The notes beneath the pieces were generated by a model. It did not search any database. It was given only the letters and a program-made list of their open reading frames with translations, and was not told the DNA's origin. Made by a program: the position numbers and the translations under genes. Positions 29,242 through 48,060 of a stretch of DNA of 64,000 bases are shown piece by piece. How positions within the stretch are numbered: the first letter of the stretch is position 1; every line of letters begins with the position of its first letter. The stretch lies in NCBI RefSeq assembly GCF_009914755.1, contig NC_060926.1; one strand, written 5' to 3'. This DNA comes from the human T2T-CHM13v2.0 reference genome, Homo sapiens.

Positions 29242-30193
29242 TGTGATGGTTAATTTTATGTGTCAACTTGATTGGGCTAAAAGATGCCCAGATAGCTGGT
29301 AAAACATGATTTCAAGGTGTGTCTGAGAGAGTGTTTCCAGAGAGACTGGCAATTGAATCAGTAGACAGAGTAAAGAAGATCTGCCCTCACCAATGTGAGT
29401 GAGTATCATCCAATACATTGAGGACCTAAATAGAACGAAAAAGTGAAGAAAGGACAAACTCTCTCTCTCTTTTCTTGACCGAAACATTCATCTTCTGTAT
29501 TAATCCATTCTCACCCTGCTAATAAAGACATACCTGAGACTGGGTAATTTATAAAGGACAGAGGTTTAAAGGTTTCACGGTTCCACACAGCTGGAGAGGC
29601 CCCACAATCATGGTGGAAGGTAAAGGAGAAGGAAAGTCATGTCTTACGTGGCAGCAGGCAAAGTGCATATGCAGGGAATCTCCTCTTTATAAAACCATCA
29701 GATCTCATGAGACTTATTCATTATCATGAGAACAGCATGGGGAAGACTTGTCCCATGATTTAATTACCTCCCACCAGGTCCCTCCCACAATACATGGGAA
29801 TTATGGGAGCTACAATTCAGGATGAGATTTGGGTGGGGACACAGCCAAACCATATCATCTTCTTTTACCCTTGTACATGGGAGCTCCTAGTTCTTAAACC
29901 TAACCAGGACTTATGCTAGCAGTCCCTCAGTTCTTAGGCCATTGACATTGGACTGGGAGTTATACTATTGGCTCTACTGGTTTTCAGGCCTTTGAACTCA
30001 GACTGAATTACACTGCCAGCTTTCCTGCTTATTCAGCTTGCAGAGGTTAATTATGGGTCTTCTTGATCTTCATAATCACAGGAGCCAATCCCATAATAAA
30101 TCCCCTCTTATATGTCTATATCTATATCATCTATATCTAGATCTAGATCTAGATCCTGTTGGTTTTGCTTTTCTGGAGAACGCTGACAATACA
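29242..30193 (+). mobile_element. MLT2B-type ERVL solo LTR, interrupted by THE1B
   Basis: tgtgatggttaattttatgtgtcaacttga...tctggagaacgctgacaataca; TSD cactc/cactg. Confidence 0.92.
29496..29857 (-). mobile_element. THE1B-type solo LTR
   Basis: tgtattaatccattc...acagccaaaccatatca; perfect 5-bp TSD tcttc at 29491-29495 and 29858-29862. Confidence 0.96.
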
Positions 30194-30629
30194 CACTGTT
30201 ACATCTAAGACTTGTGATTCCAGAAAACAAGGAAAACTGAAAAACATAACTCAGAAAGACAACTACTTGTTCTTCCTCTAATCTTGATAGATCTCCAAGT
30301 GGACAAGGCTTTTGCAGAAGAAGGGCTATACTTACAACATGGCTAACAGGGCTTCCCTGTTCTTCTCATCAAACACATCACACTTCTTTCTGCTTTAGGA
30401 GGTTTGTATTATACTTGCAAGTTTTTGCATAGCTTGTTGCTATTTATACTACAGATCTTTCCTCAAATTTTACCTCCTCTCAAATTCTTTCCTGACCACC
30501 TGACATATTATAATCCTGTCCTCCTGTATCCTGACCCCATCACTCTGTCATATCACCCATTTTGGTTTTTTGTACATCTACTAGTTTTTCATGTACTACT
30601 TACTTTTTCACTGTGCTTCAACCCTCCCC

Positions 30630-30815
30630 AACTCCCATGTGACCTTGGCAATGTAATATGTCTACATCTTATTGTTTCATTCTGTAAAATGTGATAATAA
30701 TATCTACCTCAGAGGGTTGTTTAGAAGGTTTAAGTGAGATTACGTATTACATAATTCATATAATACAATTAGGACAACATTTGGCACATAGTAAACTCAA
30801 AAAACATTAGCTATC
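30630..30815 (+). mobile_element. MIR
   Basis: tgtgaccttggca...tctgtaaaatg...tctacctcagagggttgt...tggcacatagtaaactcaa. Confidence 0.85.
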
Positions 30816-32569
30816 GGTACATGAAATAATAAACAGATAAAAAAGCAACCATTGGGCTACCTTCCAAAACTATATGTAGTAAATATTACATAAAGTCTTT
30901 GTATCTCAAGCCAATTTCTTTTTCATATCTCAGTTTAGAATCTAATCTACACAAAATGATTTTTTATAAAGGCAAAATTGCAGTTATTCCTTTTCTTGCA
31001 ATTAAACAGGAATTTTCCTCTGCAAAGCACAGGGCGTGAGATTCAGTTCTTCACCCATCCATCCCCTCTCCAGCCCCCATATTTTTGCTGGCATCAAATG
31101 TTAATGGCTGTCAATGACTATATGTTATCCTCTTCACAGGGCTTTCTAAGAATAATAAGTTAAGACAAGGTGTCTTACTTTATGGGAATCACAGTGCTTG
31201 TTTCAAGAGACTATGTGATGAAGGAAGTTTTAGTAGGACCAGAGGACCTTTTGGCTGCCACTCGACTACAGCACTGAGATGCCTGCTTATAAAGTTGGTC
31301 CAGACTAAACTGCTTGGAAAATGTGAAAATAATTCATGATAAACTGAAATGTAATGCCTTATCTAAATCTCAACACAAGCCCTGTGCTATTATTTTAATT
31401 CAATATATAAAATGCTCCAGAAATGTATAGATTTTGACCTGAGATTATTTAGAAAATAATTAAAAACTGTAATAGGCTACCTGATTTGGCACAATTTAGT
31501 ACATCCTGATGATGTGCTGAAGAGAAACATTGTATATTTGTAATGGTAGATAGAGAAGAAGTTATAGAGAATCATTTACAAAACAGATTTATAATCCTGA
31601 ATCTGTTCAATTGAACCAAGATCACAGAGACTTCAATAATGTTTTGAAGTCTAGAATGTAGAAATTTTGGAACTTAGCTAGAAAAAAAACAGCACTTAAA
31701 ACTGTGATGAAAGAATGTATTTTGCTGGAAACAATAGGGTATAAATATAAAGAATAATTTCTTCTTTTGGTCATAGCTGCCAAAGGACAGAACAAAGTTT
31801 AACAAAACAAAGGTTCTGAACTAAAGTATAAAGGATAAAACAAAGGGTTTTATTAACAAATTATGTTAAATTAATTTATTCTATAGTCCAAACTATCACA
31901 CACTGTCTTTTACTTAACTTATTAAGTCATTTTAAAAGTCAAGACTAAAATTCTGCTTAACATTATTGATGAGACCTTACATCTGAATATTATTTTAGCT
32001 CATCTACTGAAATTCATTAAGGTGATGACTTTTCTCCTTTTTCCATTCTCATTCAGTAACGCAATTTTAATTCTCAACATTAAAAATAACGCCCTCTATG
32101 GGCAGTAGAACTCAGTGAAGTGTTAGCAATCAGCAAAGACCCCCAGCTGAATAGTACCCTAGATGGGGAAAATGAGCCATTTCCCCTCTTCCCCAGCTCA
32201 TACTGTCAGTTGCCTTTCAAAACAAAGAGATTACATTAAAAACAGGAAAGTATATATATGCTTGTTTTTCCCCTAGCCTGACCAACACCAAAAATGCCCA
32301 TATTGACTACATTTCTAAATTACAGAGTTGAATACATTCCAAAATATTTTGGTAGACCTGGGTCTTTAGTAATGCATTACAGTGTTTGATACAGTAGTTA
32401 GACATAGCTTATTTTTTGGAAAACTTCAGTTGTTCAGTAGCTATAATTTTGGAGCTTCTATAGGCTTTCCTCCTTTATAATCCTTTTACTGATACTTTCA
32501 TTATTTCATTTACACTTCTTACAACATACATCTATTGTTTCTGTCTCTCCAAAATTCATTCATTCTCAT

Positions 32570-33520
<951 letters not shown>

Positions 33521-33894
33521 TTTCTCTCAATATATGGCTCCATTGCTTCTACAGAATGAACAAAGATCACTGAATTATTTCAATAGAGAGTAGATTGGAA
33601 ATTTTGCTTGTTAATCAAGAGATCATTCGGGAAAAAAGTATGGCAACCTAGGGTGTGATGGCTCAGGAAGAAAGCTATTATAATTTTTCTGGGTAACGAC
33701 ATATTTTAATAGCATTAATATAAATAAATCAGTGGGCATATGTGATCAAGTCATGAACTGATTCTTCAAAAATAGGTTCCTTGTAAACAGAACCCAAACA
33801 ATTCAGCAAGTTTCAATTGAGCATTGTGATAACTGCCAGATTTAAAAACTACACAGCTCAGTCAACTCATAACTTGGTTATATTTTCAAATCTC

Positions 33895-33990
33895 TGTTTA
33901 TTCATTCATTCATTCATTTAAGAAATATTTATTAGGTACCAATTCTGGGCCAGTCATCTTGCTACTTGCTGAGGGCATAATATCTACATA
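33895..33990 (-). mobile_element. L2 tail
   Basis: (ttca)n followed by aaatatttattaggtacc. Confidence 0.7.
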
Positions 33991-36900
33991 GACTAATAAG
34001 GACTTATTTTGGCTCATGACCCCAATGGGTTATTTTAGTATTCATTGGTACTTATATTACAAGATAGATAAGAGGGGAAAAAAGGAGATGAAAATCTTTT
34101 CAGTTAAATGTCATCACTTGTAAATGATTTTACTGGTGGCTGAGTGGAAAAGTACTTTTAAATGAATGAACAATGTGAAATTTGGAGATTATTTTTCATT
34201 TCCATTTTCCTTTAATTTTCTTCTCATCTATTCTAATAAATCATTGATAATTGGCCATGTTCCAAGTGAACAGATTTGCCAGAAAACCCAGGTGATGATG
34301 TTCATTATAAGTATTTCAAAAATTGTCACCAGTCACATATTTTTGTCTACACAGGAATTGGAAAGTGGACAACTTATAAAATCATCTGCATAATTCAAGA
34401 CAAGTGTCCTAATTACTGATGCAAAATAGGGTTTTTGATTATCATAACAAGTTTGACTTTGAGAAAGTCAATAAAATCAAGCAGATTTTTGAATATTATA
34501 TTATTAAACCATGCTTCCAGGAACCCAAAATTTGAATCTTCATAACTTCACCCCCAACCATACGAAGGAGGAAGTTATTTAGTGCTAATGGTTGCAATCA
34601 TTATGTTTTAAAGGCAAAGAGAAAATACTGTAAACAAAGCAGGAAAATATTTTGGTGTGTAGCATAAACATGCAAACAATTATCTTAAAATGTAATCTTC
34701 ATGTGACTTATTAAAGTAGATTACATTTTAATGTGCATTGCAATTTGCACATTATAGAGAGCACTCTATATGCAGCGTTAACTGTGTGACCAGCCTGACA
34801 ACCTGCACAACTGAAGATATAAAAAAAGAAAAAACCCTCTGCTATCTTTCTCTAAATGGATGTATTTGGTGTTGATAGTCAGATACAGTTTTCACCTTTA
34901 TCCCAGCTTGTTTCTGACCCAGTGGGTTAGTGTTAATCACCACTGTAGGCACCAATAATTTCCCCATATGTGGAATTTGATAAGTTAGAGCACCCACTTC
35001 AATTCAAGAAGATTCCAGCTGACTATCCAGTTATCGCTATGGACAGCTTCAAGCACATCTATGGCTGGCCTTGTATTCTTAGCTTTATCAAGCGCTTTGC
35101 ACTTTTTGTCTTTTATCTCTTAATTGAGACCTGACTGCAAAAAATGCCTATCTCTTCAACTGGGTTGCATTAAGTATTAACTTTAACTGCTTTGGGTACT
35201 TGAGGTACAGAAGAGAAAAAAAAAAAGCCTTAAGAAGCTGTGTAGAGTGGAAAATCTTTCCAAATCTGTATTTATTTATAAATTGTATAAATGCTACAGC
35301 ATTTTTTTAAAAGTAAATAAATCTTTATCTCTTTTACAGATTAAAAACAGTGTTTTTATTACCGACTGGAAGAAAGTTTATGAACCCTCCATCATATTTG
35401 GCAGTAATAATAATCCCACAATTCTGGCCAAAATAGATAATATTTAGGAAGAGTAAATAATTCAAAAACAATAGATGAGAAGAAAAACTTTGTGTTTTAT
35501 GTCTCTGGAATGTCTATGGACTGTCTCTTTTCTATAAGATATGCAAATCGGTTTTTATTTGAGCAAAGGGTGCATGAATCCAAGGATTCGGGAATGCTTG
35601 TACAGGTTCTGAGTCTTAAAATTTCCTTTTCTGAATATTTTCCATTTCTAAATATCATCGAATTTGTACTATTTTGTGAACTCATTGAGAGCTCTGTCTG
35701 AGCCTTTTTATCTTTCTATCTCAGCTTCCTGCATACAGTAGACATTCAACTAATGCTCCCTGAATGGAATGGCATTCACTCACTGAATGGAGTGGAATGG
35801 AATGGGGCCTTGCTGTGACTTCCTATGAAATCTTCCTGTGACTTCCTTATGAGTTCATCTGTGAGAAATGTCAAATTCTGCTGTCACCATGGCACCTATG
35901 ACATGTTCTTCCATGACAATACAGAAGTAATAATTAGAGAATACATGTCATGAACAAAACAATAGCATTAGACAGTGGCACTGAAAAACCAAAACTCTAG
36001 AAAAAAAGTAATTTGCTACTGAGGGGCCTGAATGTCATAATTGAAACGGTGCCATTCAATTTTTATACTGACAGCTAAAAACTCAGAATAAATGTTAGGT
36101 ATTACTGATTAGATGTCCCCTCAATCAAAATATGTTTAACTAAATCTAAGTCTAGACAAGAAACATCTCCCTAAGAATCAGATTAAAGAAATGGCACATG
36201 GACATCATGATAAGCAAAGCTCTAAAATAAATATAAGCCAAGAAGATTCAAGAAATCATAGAAAAACAAATAAGATTGTCATTACAAACAAATCAATATT
36301 ACTAATATTACTAATATTTAAAGAGAAAGTACCTTTCCACCTATTGTGTGTAATTCCAGTTAAAAATTTAGTGGGGGACCATCAATTGAAGGGTGCATAA
36401 TAAGAGGTGTCTATACTAGGCAGACTTTGTTTTGAGATTTTGATACGTAGTCATTAGTTCCCAAGTCCATGTCCCAACCAGAAGTATTGTCTGGATCCAG
36501 GTAAAGTTACTTGTTACCAAAGAGCTATCTAGACCTGAGAAGGGGATGAAAAGAAAAGCGAATCAAAATTCTAAAGATAAACAAAATGTTAATTCCAAAT
36601 GAGAAGAAATTTTATCCCCAAACACCTCAGTTGGTACCACAGCACCGCAGGATGGAAAAACTTAATGTTTCACTCACTCATTCATTTCTCAAATTTCTGA
36701 GGTCCTTCTGTGTGGAGCAACAGGATAATAAAATGAACATGCTATTTCTGCTGTTCTCCAGGCTTAGTTGGCAGAGAACACTGCTTGTATTTAATATTGG
36801 GAATCATTAAAATCTGAACAAGGGAGTTTTATGAATAGTGTTAATTGATAGTGAATAACACAACCTATTCATCACTTATACCACCTACAATGGAATCAAG

Positions 36901-39900
36901 ATTTTCCTCCAAGTTTCCTAATTTGCTCTTGGTCAGATGCATTTATCTTCCCTTGTGCCCACCCACACCAAACCCCAATCTCTACAAGAATTACAGTGCA
37001 GCATCACTAATATTCACTAGTAAAACCTACACTTATTATGAGCATCAATGATATTATTAACAAGGGCTTAAAACTTTTTCTGTAGACATGGAGAATATGT
37101 GAAAAGAAGTATATTTTTCTTTTTGCTTTTAACTGAAAATTCTAAAATTCCCCCTCCCCGCTTTAAAGGAAAGACCAAATACTCTCATTTTATTGTTTTC
37201 TTATAAGCTCATAAAATTTTAGCTTTGTGTTACTTTTTCAAAGACTCTATTAAACTTGATACATGAGACTAGCAGGCTGCCACAAACTCATAAAAATCTG
37301 TTCAAAGAATTGCTGCCTAGCGGTGGAAATTGAATGGCAATTTCTAAGAATCAAGCTAATGGCTTAAACTATAGAAAATGTGAAGCCTACTAATAGATAA
37401 TTTAGGATTTCCCCTCTCCGCCCTCCACCCCCCACCACCACCACCACTGGAGAGAATGAACATGAGCTTGAATAAAATTGCACCAAGATCTTATTAATCT
37501 TCTGTCTGTAAAAGCTCAATTTTCCTAAGCAATGGGCTGTGGTACACATACCACATTAAAATCTATGCTTAAAATGTTCTCTATATTTTGGAGCTAAAAG
37601 TTCTACACCTTTTGACTATGTGAACACTTGTATTATTGTCAGTTTCAAGAGTTAAATATTCCAGCAGGAATTTGTTACTACACGGCGGTACGTAATGCCT
37701 GAAAACCTCCTGCACCAATATTGCTCTCAAATTGGCAGCAAGTGAACAAGGGACATGAAGGATGCTTCAGCACAGTAACCTATCCTTCCTTCTCTCCTGG
37801 GAGCCACTTGGCCAGCTTTCATCCTCATAATTATAATAAATTTGACATTTCATAGATAATATTGATTTCTGTATTTTAGCATTTCACCATAGGTGACAGT
37901 CTAGCGTCAAGAATGAAATTTCTATTGATCTCCTGCGCATTAATCTCTCATGTGTATGTGATCATTTTTATAAGACCTTTTACTGCACATAAATCAATAT
38001 TTCATATTTCCAGCTATGCCAGAGGAGATGTCATATTTGTAAACTGTGAGTTGACACCTGAAATTCCTTCCTGTTCAGCTTCAACTATTCAGTAACAGTC
38101 GATTCAGGGTTGGAAAAGGATCAAGCTCAAGAAACAAGGTAGATGAAAGGCATAAATGTAGACTAGAGTAATTAGCTTAATGAACAAAGAAGACAAGTAA
38201 GTCAAATAAAGTGAAATAATGTTTCTCCTATAAAAATTGCTTCTGTGGACAAAAGCATCTGTAAAACAGCTTTTCATGCTTTCTAGGGAGCTGATACTGG
38301 ATTTGAATGTCTGTGTTAATAAGGAACTCTAAAATGCTTTTAAATAATTGAGTAAAAAGACCTATTAAATCTTGTTGGATAAGAAACTCATGATAATTTC
38401 AAGAATTTTTAACATAAAAGTATATGATCTTCTTATCCACAACACCAATAGAGTACAAATGCAGATTAAACAGTTTTCAGAACTTTGATGTTTCCTAATT
38501 TAGCAAGCAATTTACAAAATAAGTAAATTTTCATATTTGATAATTTTTCCATTTAAACAAATAAGATCTTTGAATTTTATGTGACTATAGTGATTAATCA
38601 AAATAGAATCATATTATGAACAGAATGTGAGTTCTTCTTGAAATAAACTTTAATGCAGAGTGGGAACTAACAAGTATTTTTAAAGAGTAAATTATTCATT
38701 CTAAAGAGACACTACTCATAGGTATTTAAGGATCTACTAAAGTATTTATTTTGCCAATTTCAATGGCATGTAAAAATTATTGTGAACTTGCATATAATCT
38801 TGCTGGACTTGGCTATGCTTCATCATTTCCAAAGCTGTTTTCTACTTATTAAATAATTGGAGTTTATCCATTATGTATTTTAAGAGCTTTGGGGATGAAT
38901 AAAATCACTGGACACAAGCTGATCTATGTGAATGTTTGTTTCCATCTATAAATTTTCCCTCACTATTCTTACTTTTTCTGATAAAGGTCATTAAATGCAA
39001 AAGTCAATTTGGACTAGTCTAATATAACTGGAAAGATATGGAGAATAGAATCCTATTTTGTACAGCATTAACATTTATTATTTACAAAATCGCTGTTCCA
39101 CATATTTAGAGAAATTCAGAACTCCAAACCTTATGCTATAAACATTTTCAGAATCTGACAAAGATGCTTTTAATTCAATATAGTGTTTGCTGGCTTAAAA
39201 GGAACTACTTTTTCCCAGATAAAAGTGGACTTGGAAATGTCCACCTTCTAGCAATTTCCTATAGTCACTATTGACACTCTATTATTTCAAATTATATGTC
39301 GTTTCACTAGAAGGAAATTCTGCTCTTGCTTATTTTTTAAAGGCCAATCCTTTTTGCTGGTTTCTGAAACATGTTCATGGCCATAAAATATGTCAGCAAA
39401 TGACTGTTTTAACGTGATGACAGACACATTATGGGAGTGTGACTGACTAGTGTACGAGTGACTATATTTCAAAAGTTGTGTCAGTTTTTGACTGAAGGAG
39501 CACAATTAAAAAAAACAACTAGGCTGAATAGTACGGTATTACTAAAGAAAAGTCAGCAAATGAAGTGCATCTTTACAAATACTTCAGTTTTCTCAGGTGT
39601 CACAAGAATTAGTAGTGAGCTTTAAGCATTGTACAATTTATTGTGTTTTAGAGCAAATTAACACTCAAAGAGCTGGGCTATGTGTACTCAAAACTTCAGA
39701 ACTTTGATTATTAATATCTAAGTTGACTAGGACTGGTGCTCTCATTTTGACTTAATTAACTTTCATTCTATAATTTGGCACTTGTTTCTTTAAGGTGAAA
39801 ATTTCTGAGCTCTGAAATCCCAAACCTGAAATGACCACCTATATTCCTTGCTAATATCTCATCTTTAAGCAAGTTAAATAAAGAACTAGAGATTAATTCT

Positions 39901-41461
39901 CTTAGGGAAAAAATATTCCCCCAATGATGTGAGCAGAAACTTTCAGCAGTGTTTAGATGAAGTAATGCTTTCAAAATTATGGAGGATATTTTTAAAATAG
40001 TGTTTTAATTTGTGCTTGATAATTTTGCTATTTCTTTTAGTCACTTTCTTGCCTCACACTTGTGAGTTGACTTCTATATTCCAGAACCCATAGAGATTTC
40101 TACCAGACACAAAACATCATTACATCTACTCTCATTCTTTCCCACTCTATTGCCTACATATAATATTTACTGCTTTTAGTAAGGCTGGTTTGTCATCCAC
40201 TTGTTTCCCATGCCCTCCATGGACACATTTTGCCATTGCAATTAACTATACTATAATTTTAAGCATTTGTATTTCTTCCTTTTCCACAAATTGAGATATC
40301 TTTTTTTCTGTTAATATTCCCAAACACACAGTCTCTAAAACCATTAACCAAATAAGCAAATCTTTATGGAATGAATGAATAGATAACACGATTAGTGGCA
40401 TATTTATAATACGATGTTTTAAATTAAGAGGGGTCATTAATTAAATGATGTGGATTATACAAAATAATCCATCATTTTATTTTAACAACTGTCAATTTAA
40501 TCTCCTTAATATCATTTTTTTAAATCAAAAGATACTTGGCCTCTAGAAGGCGCTCAGTAAATCATCCAGACAGTATAGTACAAGAAAGTTTTTAGGTCTT
40601 GGTGCAAACAGGGGCAATATTTTTTAAAATTTATGTGTGCTGTATATGTTAGTAATTTTAAAACATACATGCTGTTAGTGTTTCAATATGGAAGAAATAA
40701 AGGTTCTGATTATTACATTCAGAGTATATTTCTAAAATCTTATAATTCTAGAATAACAATGTATTTTTTCCAGATAAGATATTAAAAATACATTTTTTCT
40801 TCATACTAACTTTCTAAATATAGATATTAACTGAACATTATATACTTTTAGAGAAAATTTGGCTTAATATTTCAAATAAACTTTCCTTTATCTAAAATTT
40901 TATAATACATAAGTCAAAATTCCAAGTTCTAACTAAAAAAATTGAGAGAAAAAATGTACAGAAATTATTTGAACTCAGGGAAAATCTTAAAGTGAAATTT
41001 AAAAATGTCAAGAAACATCGATCACAGAATTTTACAGCCAGAATCAGTTTGATTATTTAACACCAAATAGTGACCTCCGTATAAATTATATATTTAAATC
41101 AATTGGTATTAAACCAACAGATCCAATTTTTAAAATAAATTTGATGTCCTAAAATTAAGAGACTGACATCAATTTTATCATGAAAAATTCCATTATAATC
41201 CCTACTACTTGAGAAATTAGCTGCTCAATATTGACATGGACACTGAGAAGAAAAATACATTTTGGCATAAAATTAGGAAGAATAAAATTATTATTATGGG
41301 AGGCTTCATATTCAAAAACAACTAAAGCATTTTAAAATATACCATTTACAATAACAAAAAGAGAGTTAACTGCTCGGATCCCATTGAAGTTCATGAAGTT
41401 GATATACTGTAGCAATCAAAATTCTCAAGATTAATATTTCATGACAGAATACCTGGATTTA

Positions 41462-41860
<399 letters not shown>

Positions 41861-42619
41861 CTATACAAGTATCTTTACTAAGGATTCTTATGGGGTATAT
41901 TTATCCAAAAATATCTTCCATTGTTAAGTTATCAATGTCAACCACATGTATTAAGGAAAACATTAGATTCGAATTTCCATGGAATTTTTTTAAGTGTTTT
42001 AAAATTAAAATGATAAAGCATGTAAAGACGAAAAAAATTGATCAAGAGATAAATATATAAATTAAAGGGTTCAATGGATATGTTTTTATCGTCGTTTTAT
42101 CAAGAATAATATGGAAATTTGTATAATGCCTAAAAATGGAGGAAAAGGAAATGATTCACTTGCGTCCGCTGGTTCTTCAGAGCTAAAATTGTAAGTAAAA
42201 GAAAGAAGATTGATTTTGATTACAATCAGAGCACAGTACAGAATATTTTGTTCATAGCTTACTCATAGAATCTTTTTAAAATGTTTTTACTTTGGTTCTG
42301 ATCTCCCAAAATTTAAACGATAAAAAGAAAACTAAAGAACATGGAGAATTTACCCAAGTAAGGCTGAACTTAAAAAATAATTCTAGAGAAAACATGATAA
42401 AGTATGTATTACCAGATAAATCTATATGCCAAAATATGATTAAAAGTAGTAGTCAAACCTAAAGAACAGAAGACTATTGAAAAGAAGTATCATTCTTTTT
42501 AAGAATGATAAAGACTACTTTCTTCGCTTTAGCTTAGCTCCCTTCTATTCATTGCATTTTCTTAGGAACATGTCTATTCATTCTCCTAATAAAGTCCTCT
42601 CTGTGCAACCTTTGAAGAA

Positions 42620-42812
42620 TTTTTTTCCAAACTTTTTTCTGAGATTCAGGGTTATATGTGCAGGTTTGTTACAAGGGTATATTGTGTGATACTGAGGTTT
42701 GGGGTACAATTGAACCCATCACCCAAGTAGTGAGCATAGTACCTGACAGATAGCTCTTCAATCCTTGCTCCCCTCTCTTCCTCCCCGTTTTTATAGCCCC
42801 CAGTGTCTATTG
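42620..42812 (-). mobile_element. L1PA15/16-like 3' end
   Basis: atgtgcaggtttgttac...catcacccaagtagtgagcatagtacc; tgaagaa duplicated at 42613 and 42813. Confidence 0.88.
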
Positions 42813-42949
42813 TGAAGAACATTTTCCATGATGAATTAGGAATATCTTTATTCCATTTTACAGTCCTGCTTAACAAAGTTTCTTATTGTAAGGCCAAAGT
42901 TATAACCAAGAAGGTTTTGTAAAAGAAGAACATTAAGAAAAAAAAAGTT

Positions 42950-43226
42950 AGAGAAATCAAATAAATCAGTAAAAAGAAGAACCTACAACCCAATACAAAT
43001 GGATAATGGAAATTTACAGTAACAGGAAAATAACTAATAAACTTTTAAGGTGTTCAAACTCATTCACAGTTAAATAGTTAAAATAGGATACTAATTTTTG
43101 CCTAACCAATTGGCAATTGATGTTTATTGATAACCATGATGTAGAGAAATTAGACTCCTATACTCTACTGGTAAGCATATACATCAGTATTACTTTTTAG
43201 GAGTAATTTGGTAATATCTTTCAAAA
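42950..43226 (+). mobile_element. Old L1ME fragment (host of the next L1; resumes ~45638-45830)
   Basis: aggtgttcaaactcattcac, gatgtagagaaatt, aatttggtaatatct. Confidence 0.6.
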
Positions 43227-45520
<2,294 letters not shown>

Positions 45521-46155
45521 TATATATATATAAAATTAACTTGTGTATATTTAATATATCTAAAATGTTACCAATTTGGCATGTAATCAATAAAAAATAA
45601 AACATATTACACTTTAAAAAATATACCTTTCATAATGAAAAATGTATATACTATTAGACTGAGGAAATCTACAAGAATTTGCAACATGTTTGTACAAAAA
45701 TGTACACCCACACACACAAAGGTATAGCAGCTAATTTTGTAAAATCAAAAACCAAAGACAACAAAATGTCAATCAATAATAGACTGGTTAACTAATACAT
45801 GCTATATCCATAAAAACACATATTACGCATGGAAAACACAATTACATTCATGTAAATTTGTATATATTAATTACTTCCCAATAAATTATAAAATTCATTT
45901 GAAGAAAGTATATCTGGTTTACAAAAAATTGAAAATACTTAGTTTAATTCAATAAACATGTCTTCTTGAAGAAGTATAAGTTTGAGGTTTGTGGTGAGAA
46001 AGAGGATGTTTTTCAACTTTTAATTTTTCCTTTCTGTACTGTTTTAATTTTCTAAATATATTTGTTTATTATTTTTGAATAATTTTGAATACAAAACAAT
46101 TGATTTTCTAGACAGATTATATTTTTTTCGCCTTTCATTGCTAAAAATGTGTCTA

Positions 46156-47180
<1,025 letters not shown>

Positions 47181-47509
47181 GTGTCTACAAGCTTTTTGAA
47201 ATTTAATATGTATTACATACACTTATATATTATATACACATAAAAAACAAAAAGATCATATATAGAGTCAAATATTTAATTAGATAAAATCATATAGACA
47301 TATATGATTGTGTGTGTGAGTGTGTATCGACATCCCTGAAGAATGTGCTGAGAGATCACGAAATCATAAAATGATGTCATCGCGAAGTTATCTGATTTTC
47401 CTAAATGCCTGTAACTTACATGTCCCTCTTTATCCTGGGCCTCAAAATACGCTCATTTCTTTTTTAATATTTAAGTTAATATATTTCCAAGCCCCCATCT
47501 CTCACATTG

Positions 47510-47760
47510 GAGAGGCACCATAGCACAGTGAGTTAAGAATGCAGATTCTAGAGCCAGACTACGTGGGTTTAAATCGGACTTCTGCCCCTTACTAGGTAGA
47601 GGACTTTGGGCAAGTCACAAGTTTCTGTATTTTGGGTTCTCTTCTATAAAATGGAAAACATTCCCTACTCTTGTTTCTGGTATTCTAATGATAACACAAG
47701 TTAACATAAGTAAAGCCCTTAGAGGAGTAAATTGCTGCACAAACATTAACTAGGATTAGC
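47510..47760 (+). mobile_element. MIR
   Basis: ttaagaatgcagattctagagccagact...actttgggcaagtcac...ctataaaatgg. Confidence 0.85.
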
Positions 47761-47949
47761 ATTCTCTCTCCAGATGTTCCCAAAAACTCCCATGGCTGCT
47801 TATTCAGTCCAGTTCAGACAGCTCTTGCTATTAGCTGTAGAAACTCTGATCAGTCATCCAAAGGAAACCATTTTCTCAGCTTTGCTGCTGTCACCTTACA
47901 CAGTATCACCAAACAAATATGGGCAGCCTGGGCTATGGAAGAAAAATGC

Positions 47950-48060
47950 ATTCATTGGATAAATATTTGCTGAGTGCCCTCTATGTGCCAAGCATTCTCC
48001 TAAGCAGTGAGAATATAATCGTGATCAAAGCCCCTACTCTCATGGAGCTTACATTTTATT
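47950..48060 (-). mobile_element. L2 tail
   Basis: aaatatttgctgagtgccctctatgtgccaagcatt...ctcatggagcttacatt. Confidence 0.85.

Noticed and set aside
35760-35806. (GGAAT)n-like satellite III seed
   Set aside because: Only a few units, at the end of an L2-like 3' tail; explained as a drifted (TGAA)n.
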